Assembly: GCA_024695235.1 (NCBI GenBank)
Contig: JAILIP010000019.1
Coordinates: 13,448-77,447, forward strand
Direction: 5' to 3'
DNA length: 64,000 nucleotides
Origin: Bacilli bacterium
GTDB lineage: Bacteria > Bacillota_I > Bacilli_A > RFN20 > CAG-826
Shown: in pieces, positions 1 through 8,566 of the stretch
How positions within the stretch are numbered: the stretch's first letter is position 1
How the letters are laid out: each line of letters opens with the position of its first letter
The notes under the pieces: generated by a model
Database searches by the model: none
The model's input: the letters and a program-made list of their open reading frames with translations, nothing else
What the model was told of the DNA's origin: nothing
Program-made: the position numbers and the translations under genes

Positions 1-483
1 TTAGGATATACAACCGTCACTGATGAAACTATCATCAATAACTTCCCAACTGAATATAAAACAACAGCAGTGGTGAACAAAACCATTACCGAGTTCAAAC
101 AAATCAAATCCAAGCAAGGTGAAAGTAATGTTGGTCAAAGATTTGATTCATTCACTGATTCTTTCCAATATGTCTACAAAGCTAATGCTTATGTAAGTTA
201 TTGGGTTAAGAGTGGTAACTACCAATTAACTGCCACAGATACTTACTATAGTGGCACTCCAACACAAGACCAAGAAACAGCTCATAACAGTCGCGGAATG
301 GTTGATTTTGATAATGAGAACTATAACGGAACCGAGTATACAATCTCTCATTCTCCTTTATATGCTTATGCTACCGAAAATGTAAAAGTTGATATTTACT
401 TTACTGCTTGGCAATGCTCATTTATTAATAACAAGCCTATTTGGCAAATCTTCCATCTCACCGAAACAATGCCAAGTGAATAG
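1..483 (+). CDS. 3' part of a gene for a Tyr/Thr/Asn-rich, probably secreted or surface protein of unknown function (5' end lies upstream of the window)
   Basis: Frame 1 is open from base 1 to TAG 481-483, so track ORF 70..483 is only the part after an internal start. No catalytic motif recognised. Composition resembles the ectodomain of ORF 2249..4456. Confidence 0.6.
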   Translation, partial: LGYTTVTDETIINNFPTEYKTTAVVNKTITEFKQIKSKQGESNVGQRFDSFTDSFQYVYKANAYVSYWVKSGNYQLTATDTYYSGTPTQDQETAHNSRGMVDFDNENYNGTEYTISHSPLYAYATENVKVDIYFTAWQCSFINNKPIWQIFHLTETMPSE

Positions 484-526
484 TTATTGAATAAATTATC
501 AAAAATGATAATATATTAAAGCATAC

Positions 527-603
527 GCCCTCATAGCTCAGCTGGATAGAGCATCTGCCTTCTAAGCAGGGGGTCGAACGTTCGAGTCGTTTTGAGGGCG
601 CCA
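527..603 (+). tRNA. tRNA-Arg (anticodon TCT), CCA encoded
   Basis: Cloverleaf readable by eye: acceptor GCCCTCA/TGAGGGC, D arm GCTC/GAGC, anticodon arm TCTGC-CTTCTAA-GCAGG, variable GGGTC, T arm GAACG-TTCGAGT-CGTTT, discriminator G, CCA at 601-603. Confidence 0.93.
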
Positions 604-613
604 CTAGAAAATT

Positions 614-637
614 AACCATCATAAGGATGGTTTTTTC
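614..637 (+). terminator. Intrinsic terminator after tRNA-Arg
   Basis: Stem AACCATC (614-620) / GATGGTT (626-632) followed by a T-run. Confidence 0.7.
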
Positions 638-689
638 TTATAAACAAGACACATTGTCGTTTTATATTTTTCTTTAGTAGAATTAAATT

Positions 690-1772
690 ATGATGAAAAA
701 CAAAGCACTTAAAATTTCTCTCATCGCCGTTGGCGGATTTTTAGCAACAGTTCTCACAATTGTTGGAGGTTTCCTTATCTATGCATCTGCGACTACTTTA
801 AAAGTTAAAGACAAAGAAGAAATGGAAATCAAAGGAAATGTTACTAATAAAATTAGTAAAGAAAGCCAGATTAGCTTATTAACTTGGAATATCGGTTATG
901 GGGCTCTTGATGAAAGACAAGATTGCTACTGGGATGGTGGCAAAGGTGTCGATGGTGAATCTAAAGAAATAGTTCAAGAAAACGTTGATGCCTATAAAGC
1001 AAAGGTGAAAGAAATCAATCCAGACATCTTCTTCACTCAAGAAGTCGATATTGATTCCAAACGTTCATATCACATTGATGAGTTAGCCTCTTTAAGAGAA
1101 ACATTTGATGAAGAGCATTACGATAGCTCACTTGCCTTGAGTTTCAAGGCAGGGGTGGTGCCTCTACCTTTATATAACATGACAGGCAAGGTTGAAGCGG
1201 GTATCGCCACATTCTCAAAATATCAAATGACATCAAGCACAAGAATCCAACTCCCGATCCCGTTTAGTTGGCCAATGAAGTTATTCAACCTCAAACGTTG
1301 CCTCCTTGTTAACAGGATGCCAATTGAGGGCAGTGATAAGGAACTCGTTGTTATTAATCTCCACCTTGAAGCATATGATGACGGAGAAGGAAAAGCCAAA
1401 CAATTAGCTATGCTAATGGATACAATGAAAGCCGAATATGAGAAAGGTAATTATGTAATTGCAGGTGGTGATTTCAACCAAACTTTCTCAACAACCAACT
1501 ATGAAAAATATCCGAAGATGAATGATTGGGTTTGCCCAGTTATTGACGCGAGCCAATATCCTTCATTCACATTCAAAATGGATGATACATATCCAACTTG
1601 CCGTTCACTTTATAAGCCATATTACAATTCTGATAAGGCGAATCATCAGTACTATATGATCGATGGATTTGTTGTAAGCAACAATATCACCATCAATAGC
1701 CTTGAAACAGTGGATTTAGATTTTAAGAACACCGATCATAACCCAGTACATATGAAAATCAATTTAAACTGA
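690..1772 (+). CDS. Membrane-anchored endonuclease/exonuclease/phosphatase (EEP) family protein, MnuA-like surface nuclease candidate
   Basis: N-terminal TM helix (ISLIAVGGFLATVLTIVGGFLIY). EEP motifs in order: LLTWNIGYG, DIFFTQEVD, INLHLEAYD, GGDFNQ, TDHNPVH. TAGAAT -10 at 678-683, 6 nt before the ATG. Confidence 0.82.
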   Translation: MMKNKALKISLIAVGGFLATVLTIVGGFLIYASATTLKVKDKEEMEIKGNVTNKISKESQISLLTWNIGYGALDERQDCYWDGGKGVDGESKEIVQENVDAYKAKVKEINPDIFFTQEVDIDSKRSYHIDELASLRETFDEEHYDSSLALSFKAGVVPLPLYNMTGKVEAGIATFSKYQMTSSTRIQLPIPFSWPMKLFNLKRCLLVNRMPIEGSDKELVVINLHLEAYDDGEGKAKQLAMLMDTMKAEYEKGNYVIAGGDFNQTFSTTNYEKYPKMNDWVCPVIDASQYPSFTFKMDDTYPTCRSLYKPYYNSDKANHQYYMIDGFVVSNNITINSLETVDLDFKNTDHNPVHMKINLN

Positions 1773-1782
1773 GTCACTAACG

Positions 1783-1791
1783 TGTTATATT
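1783..1791 (+). promoter_or_regulatory. Extended -10 promoter (TGtTATATT) of the S-box leader
   Basis: TG at 1783-1784 and TATATT at 1786-1791. Predicted start near 1798, just before the aptamer core. Confidence 0.4.
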
Positions 1792-1797
1792 AATAGC

Positions 1798-1926
1798 AAC
1801 CATAAAGAGAGCAGCGAGGGACAAGCCCTATGACCTGCCAGCAACTTACCTTCATGGCAAAGTGCTAAAGCTTGGACGATGGGATATGAATTTGCTCCTG
1901 TCGTCACGATGGGAGCTTTTCTCTTT
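1798..1926 (+). promoter_or_regulatory. SAM-I (S-box) riboswitch with terminator/antiterminator expression platform
   Basis: Core strings AGAGAGCAGCGAGGGACAAGCCCTATGACCTGCCAGCAAC (1806-1845) and GTGCTAA (1862-1868). Terminator stem 1894-1903/1907-1916 plus a U-run. Competing pairing of 1875-1884 with 1896-1905. P1/P4 not convincingly drawn by eye. Confidence 0.8.
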
Positions 1927-1951
1927 ATGTCATTCATAAGGAGGAAAGTTT

Positions 1952-2209
1952 ATGAAAGATGTATTGAATGAATTATGTGGCTTAGTAATTGAGCCAAATC
2001 AAAAGCAACAACTCAAAGAGTTGTGCCTAAGGTATAGCATACCTTTAACCTACCCAGAATTATTTGATGATGAGGATGAATATTGCCTTTGGGGCATATC
2101 CAAAGATGGAGTGGGTCTAATAGGTACAGTTATCATGAGACATTTATGTAAGAGTAATAAGACAATATTTCATGGTCTAGATGAGTTGGAACAAGCTTTG
2201 CATGATTAG
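1952..2209 (+). CDS. Hypothetical 85-aa acidic cytoplasmic protein with 4 Cys, first gene behind the S-box leader
   Basis: Strong RBS AAGGAGG at 1938-1944, 7 nt before the ATG. No TM segment, signal peptide or known motif recognised. Confidence 0.7.
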   Translation: MKDVLNELCGLVIEPNQKQQLKELCLRYSIPLTYPELFDDEDEYCLWGISKDGVGLIGTVIMRHLCKSNKTIFHGLDELEQALHD

Positions 2210-2248
2210 ATATTTTCAATATCAATCTATTTTTGTATAATAAACGTA

Positions 2249-4456
2249 ATGAAAAACAACAAAGACTTCGAAACTTTCGAGGAATCGAAAAAGGTCTCAG
2301 AGCTTTTTACTTTTGCTGAAAAAGAAAATGAAAAGCAGTTTTTAAGCGAAGACTTTGTTTTTAAATTTGAAGATAATACCCAACAAGCTGGAGCAGATTT
2401 AAACGTTGATCAATCCGGTATTGAAGATAACGATAATTCTAAAGAATTAAATGAGGCTAAAAAGGAAGAAGAACTCGATAAAGATAAACTTAAACAAGAA
2501 GAAACTTCTCAAGCTTCATCTTCATCAACAAGCGCCTCAAGCGCCTCTTCATCAGCGAGTGCAACCGCTAGCACAGGCGGAGCAGTTTCGACTGTTGCCG
2601 CAACAGTTACAACAGCTGCTGTTTTAGTCGTTGGCGGTGGTTTAGCTATTTATGGTCAAACAGTTGATAAACCTAATATTTGTCGTTTTGATGAAGTCGC
2701 AGTAGTGGAAAACACGATTAACTTCACTCTTTCTATAGGAAACGATCAAATCAAAATTGATAGTGGTGAAGAAAACACTGAATGTGACGTTCGTGTCGAA
2801 ATCATTTGCCCATCGATGGAAGATTTCTATGATGAAGTCCCTGTTTCTAGTTTTGGAAAAGTGACAGGTGAATTTACAAATCTAGAATACGATACAGAAT
2901 ATCTACTTAATGTTTCACAACATGTAATGTTGGGTGTTGAAAAAGAATACTTGATGCCAGAGTCATATTCAATTAAGACTCCTGCTAAAGAAGTTGCTCC
3001 TGTTGAGCCGGTCAATGTAGACGGCTTAACTATCACAAAAGGATTAGATCCTCTTGGAAACGCTATTTACTATGGAACCCTTAAATGGTCAAAAGAACTA
3101 CCTGAATATGAATATGCATATGTTGGCTTAGCATATGCTGATCAATTCGGAGAGGAACCTCTCATTCATGCTGATGGAAATGATGATCTTGAGCCAGATG
3201 AAGGCTATGAATGGATTTATGTCGCTGATATGGACATCACTTCCAGTGAGACACAAAGACTCGAATTCAACGAAGTAATCGAACCTAGAAAGATGGTTGC
3301 TGCTATCTTAATTGAAGGAGTGAACTCTGATTCACCTCAACAAGAATATACTCGTAGAATTTTAACTAAGACAGTCGTTGACTTTGAAACTATGGAAGCC
3401 ACCGAAGGTGTTCTTAGCGAAGATAACTTCTACTTTAGAAGATATACAATTAATCAATCGCTAGATCATTTTGAAGCATATGTTGCTTATAGTGGTGATG
3501 TTTCTGAGTATCAATACTTCACTCTTGTTGCTACATGTAATGATGATCAAAGTGGTGAAGAAATCCAGGTAATCTATACTAGATTAACTAATGGTATTAA
3601 CGCCGTTGAAAACAATATTATTGTTAGCCCTGATTATGAGCAATACACAGGTAGCACGCTTCTAGTTAAACTCTTTGGAATTAAAGCTGATGATCCTCAA
3701 GGTCAAGGCGATCCGCTCATGGCTAAGGAAATCTACTTTGGTAACGTACCAACTATTGATACAACCGTTCCAATTGAGCCAACATTCACTAGCGTTACAT
3801 TCGAAAGATATACTTCGAATACAAATTCGTTCTTATATGCTCACTTCGAATATGATGATCCAGAGGAGTATTGGACATACTTTGACATTGAATTCACTAT
3901 CACTAATAGTTCTACTGGCACTTCAAGCACTTTAGAGAGTAGATTTGCTCCATCTCCATATGATGCAGCACCTAATGTGTATTACATGCCTGATTTATCT
4001 ACCGAGCAGACTTCAACACTTTTTTCCAATTCTCAGGATGATACAATCCTTTGGACATTGACTGCTGTTTCATCATATCCAGGAGACACTGATGGAAACC
4101 ATACTGTTGCTGAAAGTGTCATCTTCGAATATCAAGAAAATCAACAATCTGTACTTGCTTCTGTTGAGCCATGGTATCAAGAAAACCAAAGTTCATCTAC
4201 TGGTTTTGTAGCAACTCTCACATTATCCGAATCAGATTATCTCAACGGATTTGATTCTATATCTATTGACACAGTCAATGTTAGTGATGATTCACAAACA
4301 TTTACATATCCTAACATAACGCTTGGCGAAGCAGTTACTACAGATATGCCAGTTGCTATGAATGGATATGCCTATGAAATTACTATAACTGGAACAAAGG
4401 ATGGAAATCCTGTAACCATATTTGTCGAAACTATCGGAGATTTCGGCATACATTAA
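2249..4456 (+). CDS. Large type-II membrane-anchored surface protein of unknown function
   Basis: About 110-aa acidic N-terminus, Ser/Ala-rich tract, single TM (VSTVAATVTTAAVLVVGGGLAIYG), then a roughly 600-aa beta-rich Tyr/Thr/Glu-rich ectodomain that reads like about 5 Ig/FN3-like modules (e.g. FTNLEYDTEYLLNV). TATAAT at 2236-2241, 7 nt before the ATG. Confidence 0.85.
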   Translation: MKNNKDFETFEESKKVSELFTFAEKENEKQFLSEDFVFKFEDNTQQAGADLNVDQSGIEDNDNSKELNEAKKEEELDKDKLKQEETSQASSSSTSASSASSSASATASTGGAVSTVAATVTTAAVLVVGGGLAIYGQTVDKPNICRFDEVAVVENTINFTLSIGNDQIKIDSGEENTECDVRVEIICPSMEDFYDEVPVSSFGKVTGEFTNLEYDTEYLLNVSQHVMLGVEKEYLMPESYSIKTPAKEVAPVEPVNVDGLTITKGLDPLGNAIYYGTLKWSKELPEYEYAYVGLAYADQFGEEPLIHADGNDDLEPDEGYEWIYVADMDITSSETQRLEFNEVIEPRKMVAAILIEGVNSDSPQQEYTRRILTKTVVDFETMEATEGVLSEDNFYFRRYTINQSLDHFEAYVAYSGDVSEYQYFTLVATCNDDQSGEEIQVIYTRLTNGINAVENNIIVSPDYEQYTGSTLLVKLFGIKADDPQGQGDPLMAKEIYFGNVPTIDTTVPIEPTFTSVTFERYTSNTNSFLYAHFEYDDPEEYWTYFDIEFTITNSSTGTSSTLESRFAPSPYDAAPNVYYMPDLSTEQTSTLFSNSQDDTILWTLTAVSSYPGDTDGNHTVAESVIFEYQENQQSVLASVEPWYQENQSSSTGFVATLTLSESDYLNGFDSISIDTVNVSDDSQTFTYPNITLGEAVTTDMPVAMNGYAYEITITGTKDGNPVTIFVETIGDFGIH

Positions 4457-4481
4457 TCAATCAATAAAGGAGGATTTGATT

Positions 4482-5543
4482 ATGAAAAAGAAAGAACAAA
4501 AGGAACCATTAAACGTTAAGAAACTGGTGTTTCAAATCGTTTTATGGTCATTAGGAGTCGCAGCCATTCTCCTAATTCTATTGTGGGATTTTATCTTCAA
4601 AGATAAACCAATCTCACAAAGCGGTGCTGGTGGCTTTGTCGCTATCGGTGAGTGGTTTAAAGCCCACTATGACATTCCTGTCTACACAGTTGTTGTAGTA
4701 GCAATTGTCATCTTACTATGTGCACTTGTATCTCTTTACAAGAGATGTGTTCGCATTAAAAACAAAAAAGCCGCTACAGTTAGCTCACTTGTAACATCAT
4801 TACTTAAATGGGCTATCATCATTGTCGCAGTATTCCTAATCATGCGTAAATGGGGCGTTGATACCGCTAAGATCCTTGCATCAATTGGTATCCTTGCTCT
4901 TATCATTGGTCTTGGTTGCCAATCCCTCATCAGCGATATCGTTGCTGGTATCTTCTTAGTTGCAGATAATGCCTTTGAAGTTGGTGACATCGTTGTTATC
5001 GATGGTTTCCGTGGCACAGTCATTGAAATTGGCTTAAAGACAACCAAAATTGAAGATGCTGGTGGTAACGTTAAGCTTATCTCCAACTCCGCAATTACCT
5101 CAATGGTGAATTTAACAAATTCATTATCCCTTGCTATTGTTGAAATCTCTATTCCTTATGAAGAGAATTTAGCAAGAACAGAAACATTATTAATGGAACA
5201 CCTAAAAGATATGCAAAAACGCATTCCATCCATCGTCGAAGGTCCTTTCTATAAAGGTGTCGAAGATATGGGCGATTCAGCAGTTATCTTAAAAGTTATC
5301 GCAAAAGTCAAAGAAGAAGATCGTTTCCAAGCCACTCGTGACATGAAACGTGATATCTATATCTTCCTCAACGACAACGCTATTACAGTTCCATATCCAC
5401 AACTCACTATCACCCAAGGTCCAAATCCTGCTGATCATCCAGAATGGGTTGATAAAGCTAAAGAAGAAGCTAAAGCTCAGAAAGAAATGGCTAAACAACA
5501 AGAAGAGAGCAAAGGCGTCGAACAAGTTAACGAAGTTAAATAA
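4482..5543 (+). CDS. Small-conductance mechanosensitive channel (MscS family)
   Basis: MscS pore/beta-domain signature GLGCQSLISDIVAGIFLVADNAFEVGDIVVIDGFRGTVIEIGLKTTKI. Start moved from track 4422 to ATG 4482 behind RBS AAAGGAGG (4467-4474). Confidence 0.9.
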   Translation: MKKKEQKEPLNVKKLVFQIVLWSLGVAAILLILLWDFIFKDKPISQSGAGGFVAIGEWFKAHYDIPVYTVVVVAIVILLCALVSLYKRCVRIKNKKAATVSSLVTSLLKWAIIIVAVFLIMRKWGVDTAKILASIGILALIIGLGCQSLISDIVAGIFLVADNAFEVGDIVVIDGFRGTVIEIGLKTTKIEDAGGNVKLISNSAITSMVNLTNSLSLAIVEISIPYEENLARTETLLMEHLKDMQKRIPSIVEGPFYKGVEDMGDSAVILKVIAKVKEEDRFQATRDMKRDIYIFLNDNAITVPYPQLTITQGPNPADHPEWVDKAKEEAKAQKEMAKQQEESKGVEQVNEVK

Positions 5544-5563
5544 TCAATTACTCCACATATATA

Positions 5564-5589
5564 GGTGTCAACTTTGTTGGCACCTTTTT
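5564..5589 (+). terminator. Intrinsic terminator after the mscS-like gene
   Basis: Stem GGTGTCAAC (5564-5572) / GTTGGCACC (5576-5584) followed by TTTTT. Confidence 0.7.
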
Positions 5590-5614
5590 CTATAAGTTAT
5601 ATAATGTATAAGAT

Positions 5615-6655
5615 ATGAAATCTCTTAAGTTATTAACTCTATCACTTGTAAGCCTCTTAGCAGTCTCTCTTTCAAGTTGCAACAAAAACAAAAGCAACAA
5701 GGATGATAAAAGCGAGGAAGAGCAAACAAGCGAGAATGCTACATCTTCTAATCCAAGCGATAGCAGCAGTGAACCATATATCCCTCAACCAGGAGATATT
5801 GATGCCGCGAATATTGGTCCAGATAAAAGTGTCACTATTGCTGATATCGTGAACAATCATGTATATACAGATAATTACTACTCCGGTGTTAATGAATCTA
5901 ATTTAATGAATAGCCTATATGACCTTATAAAAGGTCATACTATCTTGAATTACAATAGCCTTGAAGAGTATATGCGCATCACCGATAGAGATTGGGTTCG
6001 TTCCACTCAAATCGATGAACAAGACCCATACATGATTCTTATCTATTTCACTGCTAATAATGATCCAACTAAGCAACAACACTGGGGTCAATATCATTCC
6101 TCTAAAAATCCATATTATCCAGAGAGTCAACAATCTTGGGATAAAGAGCACATCTGGGCAAAATCCAATGGTATTGGATCATCAACAACATTAGGTTATT
6201 CTGACTTACATCACTTGCGTGCAAGTGACATGCATAATAACAACACAAGAAGTAGCTTACCAGAAGCAGATGTTACTAGTGACTCAAAGACCTACGTGAC
6301 AGACTTTACTGGCGCTAATTCAGGAATAAAAGGTAAAAACGGTACAACTAATGTATATGAGCCATATAGTATTTTTAAAGGCGATGTCGCTCGCGCATTG
6401 ATGTATATGGCTGTTAGATATAAAAGCAATCTGTCCTTAACAGATGGCACAGATTCTAGCGGTGGTAAATGGGGATTTTTATCAAATCTCGTTAAGTGGC
6501 ATCTAGAAGATCCTGCTGATGAATTTGAAATCAAAAGAAATAGTCTTGTCCAATTCTATCAAGGCAATCGAAATCCATTTATTGATCGCCCAGAATACGC
6601 ATGCAAGATATTCTCTGGCGTCGGAAACGTCGCATCTGTTTGTAACTCACATTAA
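5615..6655 (+). CDS. Extracellular nuclease lipoprotein, endonuclease I family
   Basis: Lipobox LSLSSC with Cys22. Endonuclease-I motifs WDKEHIWAKSNG, DLHHLRASDMHNNNTRSS, GDVARALMYMAVRY, QGNRNPFIDRPEYA. Confidence 0.88.
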   Translation: MKSLKLLTLSLVSLLAVSLSSCNKNKSNKDDKSEEEQTSENATSSNPSDSSSEPYIPQPGDIDAANIGPDKSVTIADIVNNHVYTDNYYSGVNESNLMNSLYDLIKGHTILNYNSLEEYMRITDRDWVRSTQIDEQDPYMILIYFTANNDPTKQQHWGQYHSSKNPYYPESQQSWDKEHIWAKSNGIGSSTTLGYSDLHHLRASDMHNNNTRSSLPEADVTSDSKTYVTDFTGANSGIKGKNGTTNVYEPYSIFKGDVARALMYMAVRYKSNLSLTDGTDSSGGKWGFLSNLVKWHLEDPADEFEIKRNSLVQFYQGNRNPFIDRPEYACKIFSGVGNVASVCNSH

Positions 6656-6673
6656 AAGAAAATAGGCTATTGC

Positions 6674-7282
6674 CTATTCTTTTAATTTTGGATAATCAAT
6701 CATCTCAATATTAGAATCAAACTTATCGACTTCAGGGTATTTTTTGGATATCTCTTCATATTTAGCTTTTGTTTCTTTTTTATGAAGATGTTCCCAACCT
6801 GATTCGGCGTATTGCTTTAAACACCACTCAACGAATTCAGATGTCGCTCTATTTAAGAAATAGTGGTTCTTCCTTTTAATAAAATAGTTATATGCAGAAT
6901 CCGGTTTAAATTCTTTTGGATTATATGTATATGACGCGCTTAATACGTCACAGACGTATTCAACTGCGTATTTCCATGGCATACGTTTAGCGAGAATATG
7001 TCCTCCAAAGAAGTCTGCCCAATATTCCCAGTGATGAGGATTTCTTTTCGTGTGATGTTGGCACACTCTTGAGAAATGCTCGTTATGAAGTCTTTCTTCA
7101 TATACTGGAGAGTGATCTCCAACGTAGTATTTACAAGATGTATGAAATTCGAACCATCCATATTTTGTTAAGTCATGCTTAAGGGAATGCCAAAAGATAC
7201 CCATATGAGATGCGTTCTTGATGACTCTATGACGATGCTTTGTTATTAACACAAAGTGTTTGAATGGATGTGACTTACTCAT
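6674..7282 (-). CDS. His-rich conserved hypothetical protein (DUF5662-like, HD-like HDLTKY motif)
   Basis: HRHRV...HSLKHDLTKYGWFEF...HHTKRNPHHWEYW. Last gene of a 4-gene minus-strand operon. 8-nt overlap with cobB. Confidence 0.7.
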   Translation of the reverse strand: MSKSHPFKHFVLITKHRHRVIKNASHMGIFWHSLKHDLTKYGWFEFHTSCKYYVGDHSPVYEERLHNEHFSRVCQHHTKRNPHHWEYWADFFGGHILAKRMPWKYAVEYVCDVLSASYTYNPKEFKPDSAYNYFIKRKNHYFLNRATSEFVEWCLKQYAESGWEHLHKKETKAKYEEISKKYPEVDKFDSNIEMIDYPKLKE

Positions 7283-8012
7283 TGGATAATCCTTTTATGA
7301 CATTGATAATATCATCATTGATGATAATTTTGAATAAATAATCCATTGGAGTAGGATCTTTATTAATTAAAATTGAGTTTGTTCCGTTAAAATAACGGAT
7401 AAGTCCAGCGGCAGGGTAGACGTTAAGTGATGAACCGATAACAATCAATAGGTCAGCTTTACTTAATGCATATAATGAGTGGCTAATTGCGAATTCATCA
7501 ATACCTTCTTCGAACAAAACAACGTCTGGTTTGATGACGCCTCCACAGGAGTCACAGTGAGGAACTAAACCATTATTCATAACATAGTCTAAAGAGAAGG
7601 ACTTACCGCAATCCAAGCATCTATTTCTAAGCACTGAACCATGGAATTCAACAACATCGCTCGAACCTGCTTTGATATGTAAACCATCGATATTTTGAGT
7701 GATAACAGTCACTCTGTGACTGCTCTCTAAAGATGCCAAGAATTTATGAGCGATATTCGGAGTAGCGTTTTTGAATATCATCTGTTCTTTATAGTAGCGG
7801 TAGAACTCTTCAGTATTGGACATGAAAAACGAATGCGAAACGATGGTTTCATATCCATATTTATATTTCTTGATGAGGTCTTTATTATTGGCCGCCCCAT
7901 TGGCGGATCTAATATCTGGGATACCACTAGGAGTGGATATGCCTGCGCCAGTGATAACTACAATGTACTTGGCTTCATCAATTAGTTTTTTGGCTTCTTC
8001 GATTTTACTCAT
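7275..8012 (-). CDS. cobB: NAD-dependent protein deacylase (class U/III sirtuin, CobB-like)
   Basis: GAGISTPSGIPDIRS, TQNIDGLH, Zn ribbon CLDCG...CDSCGG, GSSLNVYPAA. Confidence 0.9.
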   Translation of the reverse strand: MSKIEEAKKLIDEAKYIVVITGAGISTPSGIPDIRSANGAANNKDLIKKYKYGYETIVSHSFFMSNTEEFYRYYKEQMIFKNATPNIAHKFLASLESSHRVTVITQNIDGLHIKAGSSDVVEFHGSVLRNRCLDCGKSFSLDYVMNNGLVPHCDSCGGVIKPDVVLFEEGIDEFAISHSLYALSKADLLIVIGSSLNVYPAAGLIRYFNGTNSILINKDPTPMDYLFKIIINDDIINVIKGLSNE

Positions 8013-8557
8013 TTAGCATTTAATCCTTGTAAACCAATTATTACTCTTTCTTTAGCTTCTTTTCCGAGCATCTTTTCAATGATTGCTAAAGCAAAAGGAA
8101 TGGAATATTGCATGCTTCTAGCGGTGATGTATCTACCATCAACTTCAACCTCATTTGCAGTGAAAATACCATCCACACCTTCATTGCATCCGGCAAAACA
8201 TGTGTATCTTTTTCCTTTAAGTAAACCCATATGTCCGTATATGGATGGTGCAGCGCATATAGCTGCTAAAAGTTTCTCGTTTTTATCGTATGATAAAATT
8301 AGTTCTTTTGTCTTTCTTGAAAGAGCTAGATTTTGGGTGCCTCTTCCACCTCCAGGAAGGACGAGGATATCATATGATGTATCGACGTTATCGATAGTGG
8401 TATCAGCAAGAAGTCTCACTCCAAAAGAAGACATAACTTCTCTACTATCAGTGATAGATGCGGTGGTGACTTCAATACCACCTCTAATTAAGACATCTCT
8501 AGTTGTTAAGCCTTCGGTGTCTTCGAATCCGTTTGCGAGTAACATTAATGCTTTCAT
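8009..8557 (-). CDS. DJ-1/PfpI family protein (ThiJ/YajL-like)
   Basis: LVLPGGGRG and nucleophile-elbow AAICAAPS. ATGA overlap with cobB. Confidence 0.88.
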   Translation of the reverse strand: MKALMLLANGFEDTEGLTTRDVLIRGGIEVTTASITDSREVMSSFGVRLLADTTIDNVDTSYDILVLPGGGRGTQNLALSRKTKELILSYDKNEKLLAAICAAPSIYGHMGLLKGKRYTCFAGCNEGVDGIFTANEVEVDGRYITARSMQYSIPFALAIIEKMLGKEAKERVIIGLQGLNAK

Positions 8558-8566
8558 ATGTCTCTC

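Noticed and set aside
484-690. tRNA-Arg as the attachment site of an integrated element covering 0.7-7.3 kb.
   Set aside because: There is no integrase, recombinase or phage/ICE gene. I found no direct repeat of the tRNA 3' end by eye in the downstream intergenic regions (5544-5614, 6656-6673, 9206-9280).
7275-8012. The Sir2-domain protein as part of an anti-phage defence system (Thoeris, DSR or SIR2-HerA type).
   Set aside because: It is a 245-aa canonical CobB sirtuin with an intact Zn ribbon and NAD motifs. It has no fused or adjacent TIR, SLOG, HerA or pAgo partner, and it is translationally coupled to yggS and DJ-1 housekeeping genes.
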